This document shows positions 34,560 through 43,448 of a DNA stretch of 64,000 nucleotides, one piece after another. The first letter of the stretch is position 1. Each line of letters begins with the position of its first letter. The notes under the pieces are model-generated. The model was given only the letters and a program-made list of their open reading frames with translations, was not told the origin of the DNA and made no database searches. Made by a program: the position numbers and the translations under genes. Location: NCBI GenBank assembly GCA_963720765.1, contig CAVRGS010000013.1, positions 406,467 to 470,466 of the forward strand. Direction: 5' to 3'. The stretch comes from an uncultured Actinomycetes bacterium (GTDB lineage Bacteria; Actinomycetota; Acidimicrobiia; IMCC26256; DASPTH01).

Positions 34560-36161
34560 TCATTGGACGGCGCGCTGGGCCCACTCGTAGTCGAGCTTGC
34601 CGACGGTGGTGCGGCCGACCTCGTCGGCGAACACGAAGCGGCGGGGGCGCTTGTAGCCAGCGAGGCGTGCACCCACCCAGGTGCCGAGCGTGTCGGCGTC
34701 GGGCGGATCGTCGCCGGTGGTGGCGACGACCGCGGCCACGATCTGGCCCCAGTCGTCGTCGGGGACCCCGAGCACGACCGCGTCCGTGACCGCAGGATGC
34801 TCCTTCAGGACCTCTTCCACCTCTTCGGGCCAGATCTTCTCGCCCCCCGAATTGATGCAATTGGAACCACGGCCGAGCAGGGTGAGCGTGCCGTCGGCCT
34901 CGAGCGTCGCCTGGTCGCCGGGGATCGCGTGCAGCCGACCCTCGATCACGCGGAACGTCGCCGCGGTGCGCGCCGGGTCCTTGTAGTAGCCGGTGGCGCA
35001 CGACGTGTGCACCGCGAGCACACCGACCTGGCCCGAGCCGGGTTCGACCTGCTCGTCGCGATCGGCCGCCACGAGCAGCTTGGCGTTCGGGCCGATGCGG
35101 AAGCGGGCGGTTGCGCCCGCGCCCGCTTCGGCGGTGAGCCCGACGCCGAAGCCGACGGCCTCGCTCGAACCCAACGAGTCGTACACGTGCATGGTGCCGC
35201 GTGAGAGCAGCGCGTCCTTGAGGGGCGCGCTCACCATCGCACCCGAGTTGTGGATGCGCTTCAGCGACGAGAGGTCGTAGGGCTCGCCGCGCACGTCGGC
35301 GTGGTCGAGCGCGCTGGCGATGCGGCGCATGAGCACGTCGCCCACGATCTCGAGCACGCTCGGTCGTTCCCTCGCGATGGTGCTGCAGATGGTGTCGCCG
35401 TCGGTGTGGCCGCGCTCGAGGAGCACGATGGTGCCGCCCACCGCGAACGCGGTGTTGGCCTGGTGCACCGCGGTGGCGTGGACGAGCGGCGTCGTGAGCA
35501 GTGAGACGAGGGGTGTGCCGCGGTCTCGCCACCGCTGCACGTCGTCGCCGAGCTGGTCGAGCGAGTCCGTGGGCGTCTCGTCCTGCAGTGCGTAGGCGGC
35601 GATGAGCCCGTAACCGAGCAACGTGCCCTGGTGCCAGAGCACGCCCTTGGGGAGTCCGGTGGTGCCGCCGGTGTACCAGAGGAGGAGGTCGTCGCCCGAG
35701 CGCTCGATGCGCGGCGCCGGCTCGTGGGCAAGCAGCAGCTGCTCGTACTCGGAATCGCCGCCGTCGTCGTCGATCTCGACGGTGTGGCGCACGCCGGGCA
35801 TCCGGTCACGGGCGGCCTCGACCCGGTCGCGCAGCGACCGGTGGTACACGAGCACCTCGGCGTCGGCGTTGTCGACCAGCTGCACGAGCTCGTCGCCGAG
35901 GTAGCGGAAGTTGACGTTGGCCGGGACGGCTCGCAGCTTCGACAGCGCGAACAACAGTTCCATGTAGTCGGGGCAGTTGTGCAGGAACAGCGCGACCTTG
36001 GTGTCGTGGCCCACGCCGTGCGCAGCCAGCGCGCTCGCCAGGCGCGCGGCGCGGTCCTCGACCTCGTGGTAGGTGACCCGGCGCTCGCCCTGCACGACGG
36101 CCGGCGCGTCGGGAATGGCGTCGGCCACCAGCTCCCAGACCGTCGCGAAGCTCTCGTACAC
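34560..36161 (-). CDS. acyl-CoA synthetase (FadD3-like long N-terminal type)
   Basis: 533-aa ORF with LLWYTGGTTGLPKGV, DSLGSSE, and SGGEKIWPEEVEEVL...GKLDY. Confidence 0.9.
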   Translation of the reverse strand: MYESFATVWELVADAIPDAPAVVQGERRVTYHEVEDRAARLASALAAHGVGHDTKVALFLHNCPDYMELLFALSKLRAVPANVNFRYLGDELVQLVDNADAEVLVYHRSLRDRVEAARDRMPGVRHTVEIDDDGGDSEYEQLLLAHEPAPRIERSGDDLLLWYTGGTTGLPKGVLWHQGTLLGYGLIAAYALQDETPTDSLDQLGDDVQRWRDRGTPLVSLLTTPLVHATAVHQANTAFAVGGTIVLLERGHTDGDTICSTIARERPSVLEIVGDVLMRRIASALDHADVRGEPYDLSSLKRIHNSGAMVSAPLKDALLSRGTMHVYDSLGSSEAVGFGVGLTAEAGAGATARFRIGPNAKLLVAADRDEQVEPGSGQVGVLAVHTSCATGYYKDPARTAATFRVIEGRLHAIPGDQATLEADGTLTLLGRGSNCINSGGEKIWPEEVEEVLKEHPAVTDAVVLGVPDDDWGQIVAAVVATTGDDPPDADTLGTWVGARLAGYKRPRRFVFADEVGRTTVGKLDYEWAQRAVQ

Positions 36162-36244
36162 GCGGCGACTCTAGATCCCATCCGTTGTGGCGTTGTCGGT
36201 GTGCCGTCGTGGCACGCGAGCCACGCCAAACGGGGAGGTGCGGG

Positions 36245-37087
36245 TCAGGCGGCGCCCATGCCGAGGAGGCGTTCGCGCGAGACCGCCTTCGAGGCGCGCC
36301 ACAACGCGAAGATGGCACCGCACCACGCAAGGCCACCGATCGCGAACGCCACCCCCGAGCCGCGGAACAGGGTGTTGCTCGAGACCCCGTAGGCGATGAC
36401 GATCAGCGGCAGCGTCGCGAGGGCCGATGCCTGTTGCGCAGCGGCCGCGCTCGAGACCCGCGCCGAGATGGCGAGGATCACCGCGAGCGCCAGTGCGATG
36501 AACGGCGGCAGCACCCAGAGCATGAGGATCCACCAGTTCGTCGTCGGGAAGAACCAGCCGCCGACCTTGGGGCCGACGATCAGGTTCACCACGAGCGAGT
36601 AGAGGAGGAAGCCCATCGCGGCGGTGAAGTAGCCGGGGATGAGGCTGGCCATGAGCTTGCCCAGGTAGATCTGGCGCTCGGTGGCGGGGGAGTGGGAGAG
36701 GAACTCGCCGCTGCCGCGCTCGCGCTCGCCGACGATCGTGTGCGCGCCCACCGCCGAGGACACGGTCAGCGGCACGATGATCGCCAGCGGGGCGAAGAGG
36801 TAGACCGCCAGCGCGTACGACGCGCTCACCGCGCCGTTCGAGCCGTGCGTCTTCGCCTGCAGGTCCTTCGGCAGGCTACCGACGACGTCACTCAGCTTCT
36901 TGGCCAGGTTGGCGTCCTTCACCGAGCCGAGGATGAGCAGCAGGAAGGTCGGGATGATCACGAAGAACAGCAGTGCCACGACCATCAGTGGCATCCAGAA
37001 GTCGCGCGCCTGCATGAGCTGACGGAGGTCGGTGCGCGCGATCACCCACGACGGGCGTGGCAGACGGGTCGAGGGACGACGGCTCAC
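36245..37087 (-). CDS. ABC-2 type transporter permease
   Basis: 3' 280 aa of ORF 36245..38176 (VSRRPSTRLPRPSWVIARTDLRQLMQARDFWMPLMVVALLFFVIIP...), multi-TM. Its GTG overlaps the ATPase stop (GTGA). Confidence 0.8.
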   Translation of the reverse strand: MSRRPSTRLPRPSWVIARTDLRQLMQARDFWMPLMVVALLFFVIIPTFLLLILGSVKDANLAKKLSDVVGSLPKDLQAKTHGSNGAVSASYALAVYLFAPLAIIVPLTVSSAVGAHTIVGERERGSGEFLSHSPATERQIYLGKLMASLIPGYFTAAMGFLLYSLVVNLIVGPKVGGWFFPTTNWWILMLWVLPPFIALALAVILAISARVSSAAAAQQASALATLPLIVIAYGVSSNTLFRGSGVAFAIGGLAWCGAIFALWRASKAVSRERLLGMGAA

Positions 37088-38022
37088 GAGTGCTCCCGGC
37101 GGATGGCGAAGTACAGCTCTTCGAGGCTCGGCGCCTGCGGCTCGACGCGCGTCAGCCGCGCTCCGGCACCCACCAGCGCGTCGACGAGATCGGGGACGTC
37201 GCTCTCGTTGTCGAGCTCGACGGTCGCGACGCCGTTGCGGTGGTACGCGCGCACGAACGGCAGCCCCTGTGCGCTGTCGAGCAGCGCGGGGTCGTCGGCG
37301 TCGATCACGACACGCGCCGCGGGCCAGAATTGGCGCGTGAGTTCGTGCGGTGAGCCGGACATCATGGCCTGGCCGTGGTCCATCACGATCACCTGGTCGG
37401 CGAGGCCCTCGGCCTCGAGCAACAGGTGCGTGCACATGAGGACGGTCTTGCCGCCTTCGGCCATCTCGTCGATCAGGCCGAGCACGGTGCGCGCCGACTC
37501 GGGGTCGAGGCCCGCGGTCGGTTCGTCGAGCAGCAGCAGGTCGGGTTCGTGGAGGACGGCGCGCGCCAGCGCGAGGCGGGCGCGCATGCCGGTCGAGTAG
37601 CCACCGACCTTCTGACCCAGCGCGTCGGCGATCCCGAAGCGTCCCGCGGCCTCGGCGATGCGCTCGTCGACGCGCGGCGGCGGCACCTGGAACAGCGCGG
37701 CGGCGTACGCGAGGTTGTCGGTACCGGACAGGCGGTCGTAGAGCGCGGGCCGGGCCGGGACCACGCCGCAGCGACGCCGCACCTCGGTGCCCTGGTCGTC
37801 GTCGTCGGGATCGAGTCCGAGCGTGCGCACCTCGCCGGCGTGACTGTGCAGGGCGCCGGTGACGAGCCGCACGACGGTCGTCTTGCCCGCGCCGTTGGGT
37901 CCGAGCAACACCGTGACCGAACCGCGTGGGACCTCGAAGGTCAGGTCGTCGACCGCGACGACGTTGCCGAAGCTCCGTCGAACGCCCGAGAGCGCGACTG
38001 CAGGGCCGGTGTCCGGTGCCAT
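37084..38022 (-). CDS. ABC transporter ATP-binding protein
   Basis: 312-aa ORF with GPNGAGKTT, YSTGMRARLALARA and LLLLDEPTAGLD. Confidence 0.9.
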   Translation of the reverse strand: MAPDTGPAVALSGVRRSFGNVVAVDDLTFEVPRGSVTVLLGPNGAGKTTVVRLVTGALHSHAGEVRTLGLDPDDDDQGTEVRRRCGVVPARPALYDRLSGTDNLAYAAALFQVPPPRVDERIAEAAGRFGIADALGQKVGGYSTGMRARLALARAVLHEPDLLLLDEPTAGLDPESARTVLGLIDEMAEGGKTVLMCTHLLLEAEGLADQVIVMDHGQAMMSGSPHELTRQFWPAARVVIDADDPALLDSAQGLPFVRAYHRNGVATVELDNESDVPDLVDALVGAGARLTRVEPQAPSLEELYFAIRREHS

Positions 38023-38096
38023 GCCGTGTTTTCGGCGCGGGAGGAGGACAGGTGAAGGGGTAACCTCGGCCTCCGCCGTGTGTCACACACGGTCCT

Positions 38097-38171
38097 GGCG
38101 GCGTAGCCGAGTGGCTCAGGCAAGGGTCTGCAAAACCCTCGACGCGGGTTCGATTCCCGCCGCCGCCTCCA
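38097..38171 (+). tRNA. tRNA-Cys (anticodon GCA), CCA encoded
   Basis: I folded it by hand. The acceptor stem is ggcggcg/cgccgcc, the D arm is gcc..ggc, and the anticodon stem is agggt/accct with loop cuGCAaa. The T arm is gcggg-ttcgatt-cccgc, the discriminator is U, and the 3' end is CCA. Total length is 75 nt. Confidence 0.9.
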
Positions 38172-38185
38172 AGCATCTGGGCAGG

Positions 38186-39010
38186 TCAGGAGCGCTCCTT
38201 CGCGGCCGTCGGCCGCGAGAAGTGCTCGACCCAGACCTTCGTCTGGTCGGGATCGAGGACGGTGGCGTGGAGGTAGCCCGACGGCAACGCCGCCACGGCC
38301 ATGCCCTCACCCTCACCGGGTGGATCCGTGATCTGCGCGACCAGGTCGACGTGGCCCGTCTTCAGGTTCACCCGGTAGATGTCGTTGTGCGCGTCCGACG
38401 TGGAGATCCAGATCGCGCCGTCGGCGATGCTCGCCCCCTGCGTGTGCTCCAGCAGCATCGAGAGCTTCAGCGGCCGCAGTGACTTCCACTTGTGGGCGAC
38501 GTCGTAGCGGAGCAGCTCGTCGCCGTCGAAGTGATCCATCGAGTACGCGACGCGAGTCGCGGGGTCGACGGCCACGAACGAGTTCTCGTGTTGCGCGAGC
38601 TCGACGGCGTCGAGGAACTTCAGGGTGCGCGCGTCGTAGCGCGCGGTGACCTGATGGCTCTGCGTGTAGTCGGGCTGCTCGAACGGCGCGTACAACACGT
38701 TGCCGACCACGTCGATGTCGCCGACGTGCACGTACCCCTGTGTGCGCCATTCGGGCGGTATCGCCTTCTCGTTGCGCGCGACGACGTCGAAGGTGTCGTC
38801 GGTGCGCACGATGACGTCGGTGTCGGAGACGGGTGACAGGGTGCCTGAGAGGATCCAGCCGCGAGGGATCCGTGCGATCCCCTGGTTGTAGGTCAGCGGG
38901 ATCTCGGTCTTCGAGCGCAGCTGCGCCTGCCGCTGCGCGTCAGCGCCGAACGCGGCGGACGCGAGCAACACCACCCCCATCACGATCGCCACCCCGAGCC
39001 ATCGTCTCAT
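38186..39010 (-). CDS. secreted hypothetical protein
   Basis: 3' 274 aa of ORF 38186..39517. The signal peptide is MRRWLGVAIVMGVVLLASAAFGA. I do not recognise a family. An alternative start lies 7 codons upstream. Confidence 0.7.
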   Translation of the reverse strand: MRRWLGVAIVMGVVLLASAAFGADAQRQAQLRSKTEIPLTYNQGIARIPRGWILSGTLSPVSDTDVIVRTDDTFDVVARNEKAIPPEWRTQGYVHVGDIDVVGNVLYAPFEQPDYTQSHQVTARYDARTLKFLDAVELAQHENSFVAVDPATRVAYSMDHFDGDELLRYDVAHKWKSLRPLKLSMLLEHTQGASIADGAIWISTSDAHNDIYRVNLKTGHVDLVAQITDPPGEGEGMAVAALPSGYLHATVLDPDQTKVWVEHFSRPTAAKERS

Positions 39011-39106
39011 CGTGCCCCCCGACGTGGCCATGTTGCCACGCCGCGCGTGTGCACGTCGCAGTTCGAGTACCGCCTGCTCGCGGCCCGACCGGGATAGCGT
39101 GCGCGC

Positions 39107-39677
39107 GTGACCGACTCCGACGTCGATCCGTCGAGCGATCCGGGTTGGGGCGGACTGCAGGGTGTGCTGCGGGCGTTCGTCCCGATCTTCGACCAGCGTC
39201 AAGCGCGGGGCGATCCGCTCGTCGTCATGCGCCGGCTGTTCCTCACCTTCTGCTTCGCGTTCGTTCTGATCTTCGTGGTGGTCCTGGTCGCCATCGACAA
39301 CGGCACGACCAAGCATCGCAACCTCGGAGTCGGGCGCGGCGGGCGCCGTGGTGGCGGCGGGCATCGTCGCGCTCGTCGCGCGTCGCCTGTTCGCCGACCG
39401 AGCGCTCGACTGCACGGACGGAGCGACGTTGGCGAGCTCGTATCGCACGCGGTTCTTCCTACGCATGGCGCTCGCGGAGTCCACCGCGCTGATCGGGTTC
39501 GCGCTCTGCTTCGTCACCCAGTCGCCGTGGCCCTACGTGGTCGCGCTCCCGTTCACCGCGGTCGGGTTCTTGCTCGCCGCGCCGAGTTCCGGTCACCTCA
39601 CGCGCGATCAGACGCGGTTGTCGACGTCGGGGTGCACGCTCAACGTGGTGGCTGCGCTGCGCATCGTCCGCGGCTGA
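39107..39677 (+). pseudogene. small multi-TM membrane protein, apparently split by a frame break near 39290-39345
   Basis: The frame of ORF 39107..40405 gives MTDSDVDPSS...RRLFLTFCFAFVLIFVVVLVAIDNG and then nonsense. The frame of ORF 39348..39677 gives (GAAGA)VVAAGIVALVARRLF...ALIGFALCFVTQSPWPYVVALPFTAVGFLLAAP and stops at 39677. Confidence 0.5.
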
Positions 39678-39715
39678 CGCTCCGACGCCGCGCCGGATGG
39701 CGCTACGGTGCGCGC

Positions 39716-40405
39716 ATGGGTGACTCGCTGCTGTTCGTGACGCAGGTGGCCCCGTACGCCGAAGGACCCGCGGGCGTCCACGGCGTGCTCGACCAGGCCG
39801 CGGTCGGCGTCGCCCAACTTGCCGAGATGTACGACCTCGAGCCCCTTCGCATCGACGACGTCCGCATGCTGCCCGACGCCGGCATCCGCAACGCGAGCGC
39901 CCTTGCACTGTTCACGATCGGCGAGACGCCGTGGAGCGCCTCCCAGCGAGCGCTCCTCCTCGACCGGGTGCGCGCCGGCGCGCTGTCCGTCGTCGCCATC
40001 CACTCCGCCACCGATTCCTGCTACGGCTGGGACGGCTACGGCTCGCTCGTCGGCGCGCGCTTCGACGGCCATCCGTGGACCCAGACCTTCACCGCCGACG
40101 TGCTCGACCCGTCACACCCCGCGTGTGCGCACCTCGGCACCTCGTGGGAGTGGCACGACGAGGTGTACCAGTTCCGCGATCTGCGGCCCGACGCCCACGT
40201 GCTGGTGCGCGTGCGCGACGGCGAGCTCGATCTCGACGCACCTGGCGCGACGTCGCCGTCGTTCGGCCACCCGCTCGCGTGGTGCTTCACCGAAGGCGCA
40301 GGTCGCGTGTTCTCGACGGCACTCGGTCACTTCCCGAGCGCGTGGGAGAGCCCCACCTACCTCCGCCACCTGGCCGGTGGCCTGGAGTGGACGCTCTCCG
40401 CCTGA
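39716..40405 (+). CDS. ThuA domain-containing protein (class-I glutamine amidotransferase-like fold)
   Basis: Last 229 aa of ORF 39107..40405: MGDSLLFVTQVAPYAEG...LSVVAIHSATDSCYGWDGYGSLVGARFDGHPW...HPLAWCFTEGAGRVFSTALGH. Confidence 0.75.
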   Translation: MGDSLLFVTQVAPYAEGPAGVHGVLDQAAVGVAQLAEMYDLEPLRIDDVRMLPDAGIRNASALALFTIGETPWSASQRALLLDRVRAGALSVVAIHSATDSCYGWDGYGSLVGARFDGHPWTQTFTADVLDPSHPACAHLGTSWEWHDEVYQFRDLRPDAHVLVRVRDGELDLDAPGATSPSFGHPLAWCFTEGAGRVFSTALGHFPSAWESPTYLRHLAGGLEWTLSA

Positions 40406-40412
40406 CCGATCG

Positions 40413-41078
40413 TCATTCGCCGAGGGAGTGCTCCGGCAGTGGCAGGTGGCCGGCGACGACCGCGAAGTAGGCGTCGCCACCGCCGTCACCGGGGAGCGCG
40501 CGCAGCTCGTCCACGGTGCGACGGCTGCCGAGCGCTCGCGTCGCCTCCCACGGCGTGACGTCCATCGTCCAGCCGGGGTGGGCGTCGTGAGTGCGCCAGG
40601 TGCGGCCGTCGTGCTCCACGACGATCGCACCGAGTCCCGCGTCCTGCAGCGGCTGGGCGAACGACGGCAACTCGCATGCCATCACCGCGTCGATCTCGAG
40701 CGCGTCGTGCTCGGGCTTGCCGAGCGCGCCCCGGAGGTCGTGCTCGTGGATCGCGACGTCGGTGAACATGAGCGAACCCATTCCCTGCAACATCGGTTCG
40801 ATCACACCGTCGAGCGTGGTCCATTCCTGCACCAGAGCGCCGACGTCGGCGTCGCGCCGCTCGTCGACGATCCCCTGCAACCACTCATCGACGTCACCAT
40901 CGGGGAAGTTGCCGGCCGCGAGCGTCGCGGGCACGCCCACGAGATGCGCAGCGAGGTCGTGCACCGACCACGCCGGGCACGCCGGCACCGTGCGAACCAG
41001 CGCATCGGGTGTGGCGTCGAGCAAGAGCGCGGACACTCGTGCACGCGTGCGCTGGTAGGGCTCGAAGAGGTCGTCCAT
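40413..41078 (-). CDS. mycothiol-dependent maleylpyruvate isomerase family / DinB-like metal-binding protein
   Basis: 3' 221 aa of ORF 40413..41456: ...VPACPAWSVHDLAAHLVGV...FTDVAIHEHDLRGALG... Confidence 0.8.
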   Translation of the reverse strand: MDDLFEPYQRTRARVSALLLDATPDALVRTVPACPAWSVHDLAAHLVGVPATLAAGNFPDGDVDEWLQGIVDERRDADVGALVQEWTTLDGVIEPMLQGMGSLMFTDVAIHEHDLRGALGKPEHDALEIDAVMACELPSFAQPLQDAGLGAIVVEHDGRTWRTHDAHPGWTMDVTPWEATRALGSRRTVDELRALPGDGGGDAYFAVVAGHLPLPEHSLGE

Positions 41079-41139
41079 CCGCGGGACCGTACTGCGGACG
41101 CCCCGGGGCCGAAAGTGGAGGGTTCGGTAGGGTGATCCG

Positions 41140-42177
41140 GTGACCGACCTCTCCATTGCTGCGTCTCGTCCGCTGCCGGAACCGCTCGACGACTCGCAGA
41201 GCGGTACACCGGCCCGACGGCTCGGTTCGGCTCGCCGCACGTCGAGCCTCGACATGGTGTGGCCCGACGGCATCGGCACGTCGCTGCACGTCGTGGGCCG
41301 CGCCCGTGATCTCGTGACGACGCGCGCGGGTGACGCCGTGGTCGTCGACGAAGCCTCGATGCACGCGGTCGTCGACATCGAACGCCGCATCACCGCGATC
41401 GAGTCGACGCCACCTCGTCCCGGCATCGAGGGATTGGTGGGCTCCCAGGGCGGCACCTACCTCCGGAGCGCGATCGACGCCGCGCTGCCGGGCGAGCGGG
41501 AAGCCGCCACGCCCCTGCACATGATGCTCGACGACATCGCCGGCACCAGCCTCATCGCGGGGTTCGTGTGGACGCGGCACATGGATCCCGAGGAGTTCGC
41601 CGCGCTGCGCCAGCAGGCACCGTCGGGGTTCGGGCAGCGCAAGGGCAAGATCATCTGCTCCGGCCTGCGTCCGGGCGGGAGCGCGCAGGCGGCGTTCGCC
41701 GGCGAGACCGAATCGGTGCATGCGATCCGCACCGCCGGACCGCTGATCACCGACGACGACGAGTACGCGTGGCACGAGTTCCCCGAACGTCCGGTCGTGA
41801 GCATGCGTCGTCACCGGCGCGTCGACATCACGCCCGTCGACGACGTCTACGAGATCGACGCCTTCTTCCGCGACAGCTACTGGGAGCCCGACGGCACCGA
41901 GATGGCGCTGCACGAGTACAACGTGGCCGCGGTCGTCGACGCCACCGACCTCACGTTGCGCTCCGTGCTGGCGACGCCCCGCGTCCTCCCGTTCCCGGAG
42001 TGCCAGTGGGCACCCGAGCACGCGGCGCTGCTCGTCGGCCGACCGGTGCAGAGCTTCCGCACCGACGTGCAGACCACGCTCACCGAGCTCCAGGCGTGCA
42101 CGCACCTCAACGACATGCTGCGCTGCCTCACCGAGGTCCCCGCGCTGGCGGCTGTGATCGCGGCGACCGCGAACTGA
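41140..42177 (+). CDS. DUF2889 domain-containing protein
   Basis: 345-aa ORF ending ...LTELQACTHLNDMLRCLTEVPALAAV. This is the C-terminal CTH motif as I remember it for DUF2889. Confidence 0.7.
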   Translation: MTDLSIAASRPLPEPLDDSQSGTPARRLGSARRTSSLDMVWPDGIGTSLHVVGRARDLVTTRAGDAVVVDEASMHAVVDIERRITAIESTPPRPGIEGLVGSQGGTYLRSAIDAALPGEREAATPLHMMLDDIAGTSLIAGFVWTRHMDPEEFAALRQQAPSGFGQRKGKIICSGLRPGGSAQAAFAGETESVHAIRTAGPLITDDDEYAWHEFPERPVVSMRRHRRVDITPVDDVYEIDAFFRDSYWEPDGTEMALHEYNVAAVVDATDLTLRSVLATPRVLPFPECQWAPEHAALLVGRPVQSFRTDVQTTLTELQACTHLNDMLRCLTEVPALAAVIAATAN

Positions 42178-42184
42178 CGGCACA

Positions 42185-42224
42185 AGGTAGCGACGCGTTT
42201 CAGATCTGAAACAGATCGCTACCT
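42185..42224. terminator. AT-rich nested hairpin between convergent genes (AGGTAGCGA-cgcg-TTTCAGATCTGAAA-caga-TCGCTACCT)
   Basis: Read from the sequence. It has 9-bp perfect outer arms plus a 14-bp perfect inner palindrome. It lies between the stops at 42177 (+) and 42255 (-). Confidence 0.5.
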
Positions 42225-42254
42225 CTTGGAGGGGTCACGTGCCAGCGCGCACGG

Positions 42255-43421
42255 CTACATGAACGAGGTCGCGCCGTCGAGTCCCAGGCCCGGGTGGTCG
42301 CCGGTGATGATCGGCTGCATGTTGCCCCAACCTTCGCCGCCGCCGACCGGGTCGGTCACGTGGATCACGGTGTCGCGGATCTGGTGCAGCCGCCGCGCGT
42401 TCTCTGCGGTCGAGCAGTCGGCGATGCGCTCGCCGTCGACGACGAGGTCACCGCGCCACTCGCCGTGGAAGTGCCCGTCGAACCCGAAGTAGAGCCCGGC
42501 GCCGAGGTGGAAGCCGGTGCCCGACACGACGTCGACGCCCAGCGGTCGCGCCGACCCGTCGGCCATCGTCACGGTGATGCGCCCACCCAGCAGGCGACGG
42601 TTCGACGGGTCGTAGGTCATCTCCGGTGCGATGCCCACGATGGTCTCGACCCGCCCGTCGGGATGTTCGACCGCCCCGTGTGCCTCCTCGCGCGAGAAGC
42701 CCGGCGCTCGCACCCGTGACCACTCGAGCCAGAGCGCGTAGCGCGAGCCGTCGGGTCGCTCCATCAGGACCGGACTCCACAGGAACTCGAACGACGCGCC
42801 GTCGGAGATCGCCGACGCGCCCGACGGTGGCATGTCGGTGAGCGGCACCCCGACGCCGTAGCGCACTCCCCACGAGTGGTCGCGCGTCGACACCCACGTG
42901 TCGGGCGTGATCTCGCTGCGTTCGCCGTCGACCTCGACCCAGCCGCTCGCCACCCCGGTCTGGTGGTAGCGCACGAGCTCCGCCGACACGCGGTAGTTGT
43001 CGCGCGAGTGCGTGCGTTCCTCGACGTGCGGCGGCACCGCCGCTTCGAACACCCAGTCGAACGCGATCGGTTGACATTCGTTGGCGTCGAGCGCGAAGCG
43101 GAGGGACCGCAGTGGCTCGAGCACCTCGTAGCGGATCGGGCCGATCACCGTGCGCTCGGGATCAGGCTGCAGGCGACGACTGGCGCGCACCGTGAGCTGC
43201 TCGACGCCTCGCGACACGCCGGAGTACGCGTCCATGACATTGCGGTTCGTGTACTTGCCGAGCCCGAAGCCGAGCTGCAGCGACCCGTCGCGCGCCGCCG
43301 CCATTGCGCACACCTTCTCCGTCCACGACGGATCGGTGCTGCCGACGGTCGCGAACGTCTCCACGACCTGATGGGTGAACTGCTCGTCGGCGGGCAGCAG
43401 GGGACCGATCGGGTTGGCCAC
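42255..43421 (-). CDS. conserved hypothetical protein (388 aa)
   Basis: Clean 388-aa ORF with GC3-rich, protein-like sequence (MANPIGPLLPADEQFTHQVVETFATVGSTDPSWTEKV...). I cannot assign a family. Confidence 0.8.
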   Translation of the reverse strand: MANPIGPLLPADEQFTHQVVETFATVGSTDPSWTEKVCAMAAARDGSLQLGFGLGKYTNRNVMDAYSGVSRGVEQLTVRASRRLQPDPERTVIGPIRYEVLEPLRSLRFALDANECQPIAFDWVFEAAVPPHVEERTHSRDNYRVSAELVRYHQTGVASGWVEVDGERSEITPDTWVSTRDHSWGVRYGVGVPLTDMPPSGASAISDGASFEFLWSPVLMERPDGSRYALWLEWSRVRAPGFSREEAHGAVEHPDGRVETIVGIAPEMTYDPSNRRLLGGRITVTMADGSARPLGVDVVSGTGFHLGAGLYFGFDGHFHGEWRGDLVVDGERIADCSTAENARRLHQIRDTVIHVTDPVGGGEGWGNMQPIITGDHPGLGLDGATSFM

Positions 43422-43448
43422 GGCACACGTCCTTGTCGGGAGTCGGGC

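Noticed and set aside
36245-38176. N-terminal ~360 aa of ORF 36245..38176 (begins MLGGGGGNRTRVEGFADPCLSHS)
   Set aside because: Its start is the reverse complement of the tRNA-Cys gene, and its middle is out of frame with the ABC ATPase gene. Only the last 280 codons (the permease) are genuine.
38097-39700. tRNA-Cys as an integration site for a genomic island
   Set aside because: There is no integrase, recombinase or phage gene next to the tRNA. I did not find a direct repeat of the tRNA 3' end downstream. Flanking genes have the same GC-rich composition as the rest of the window.
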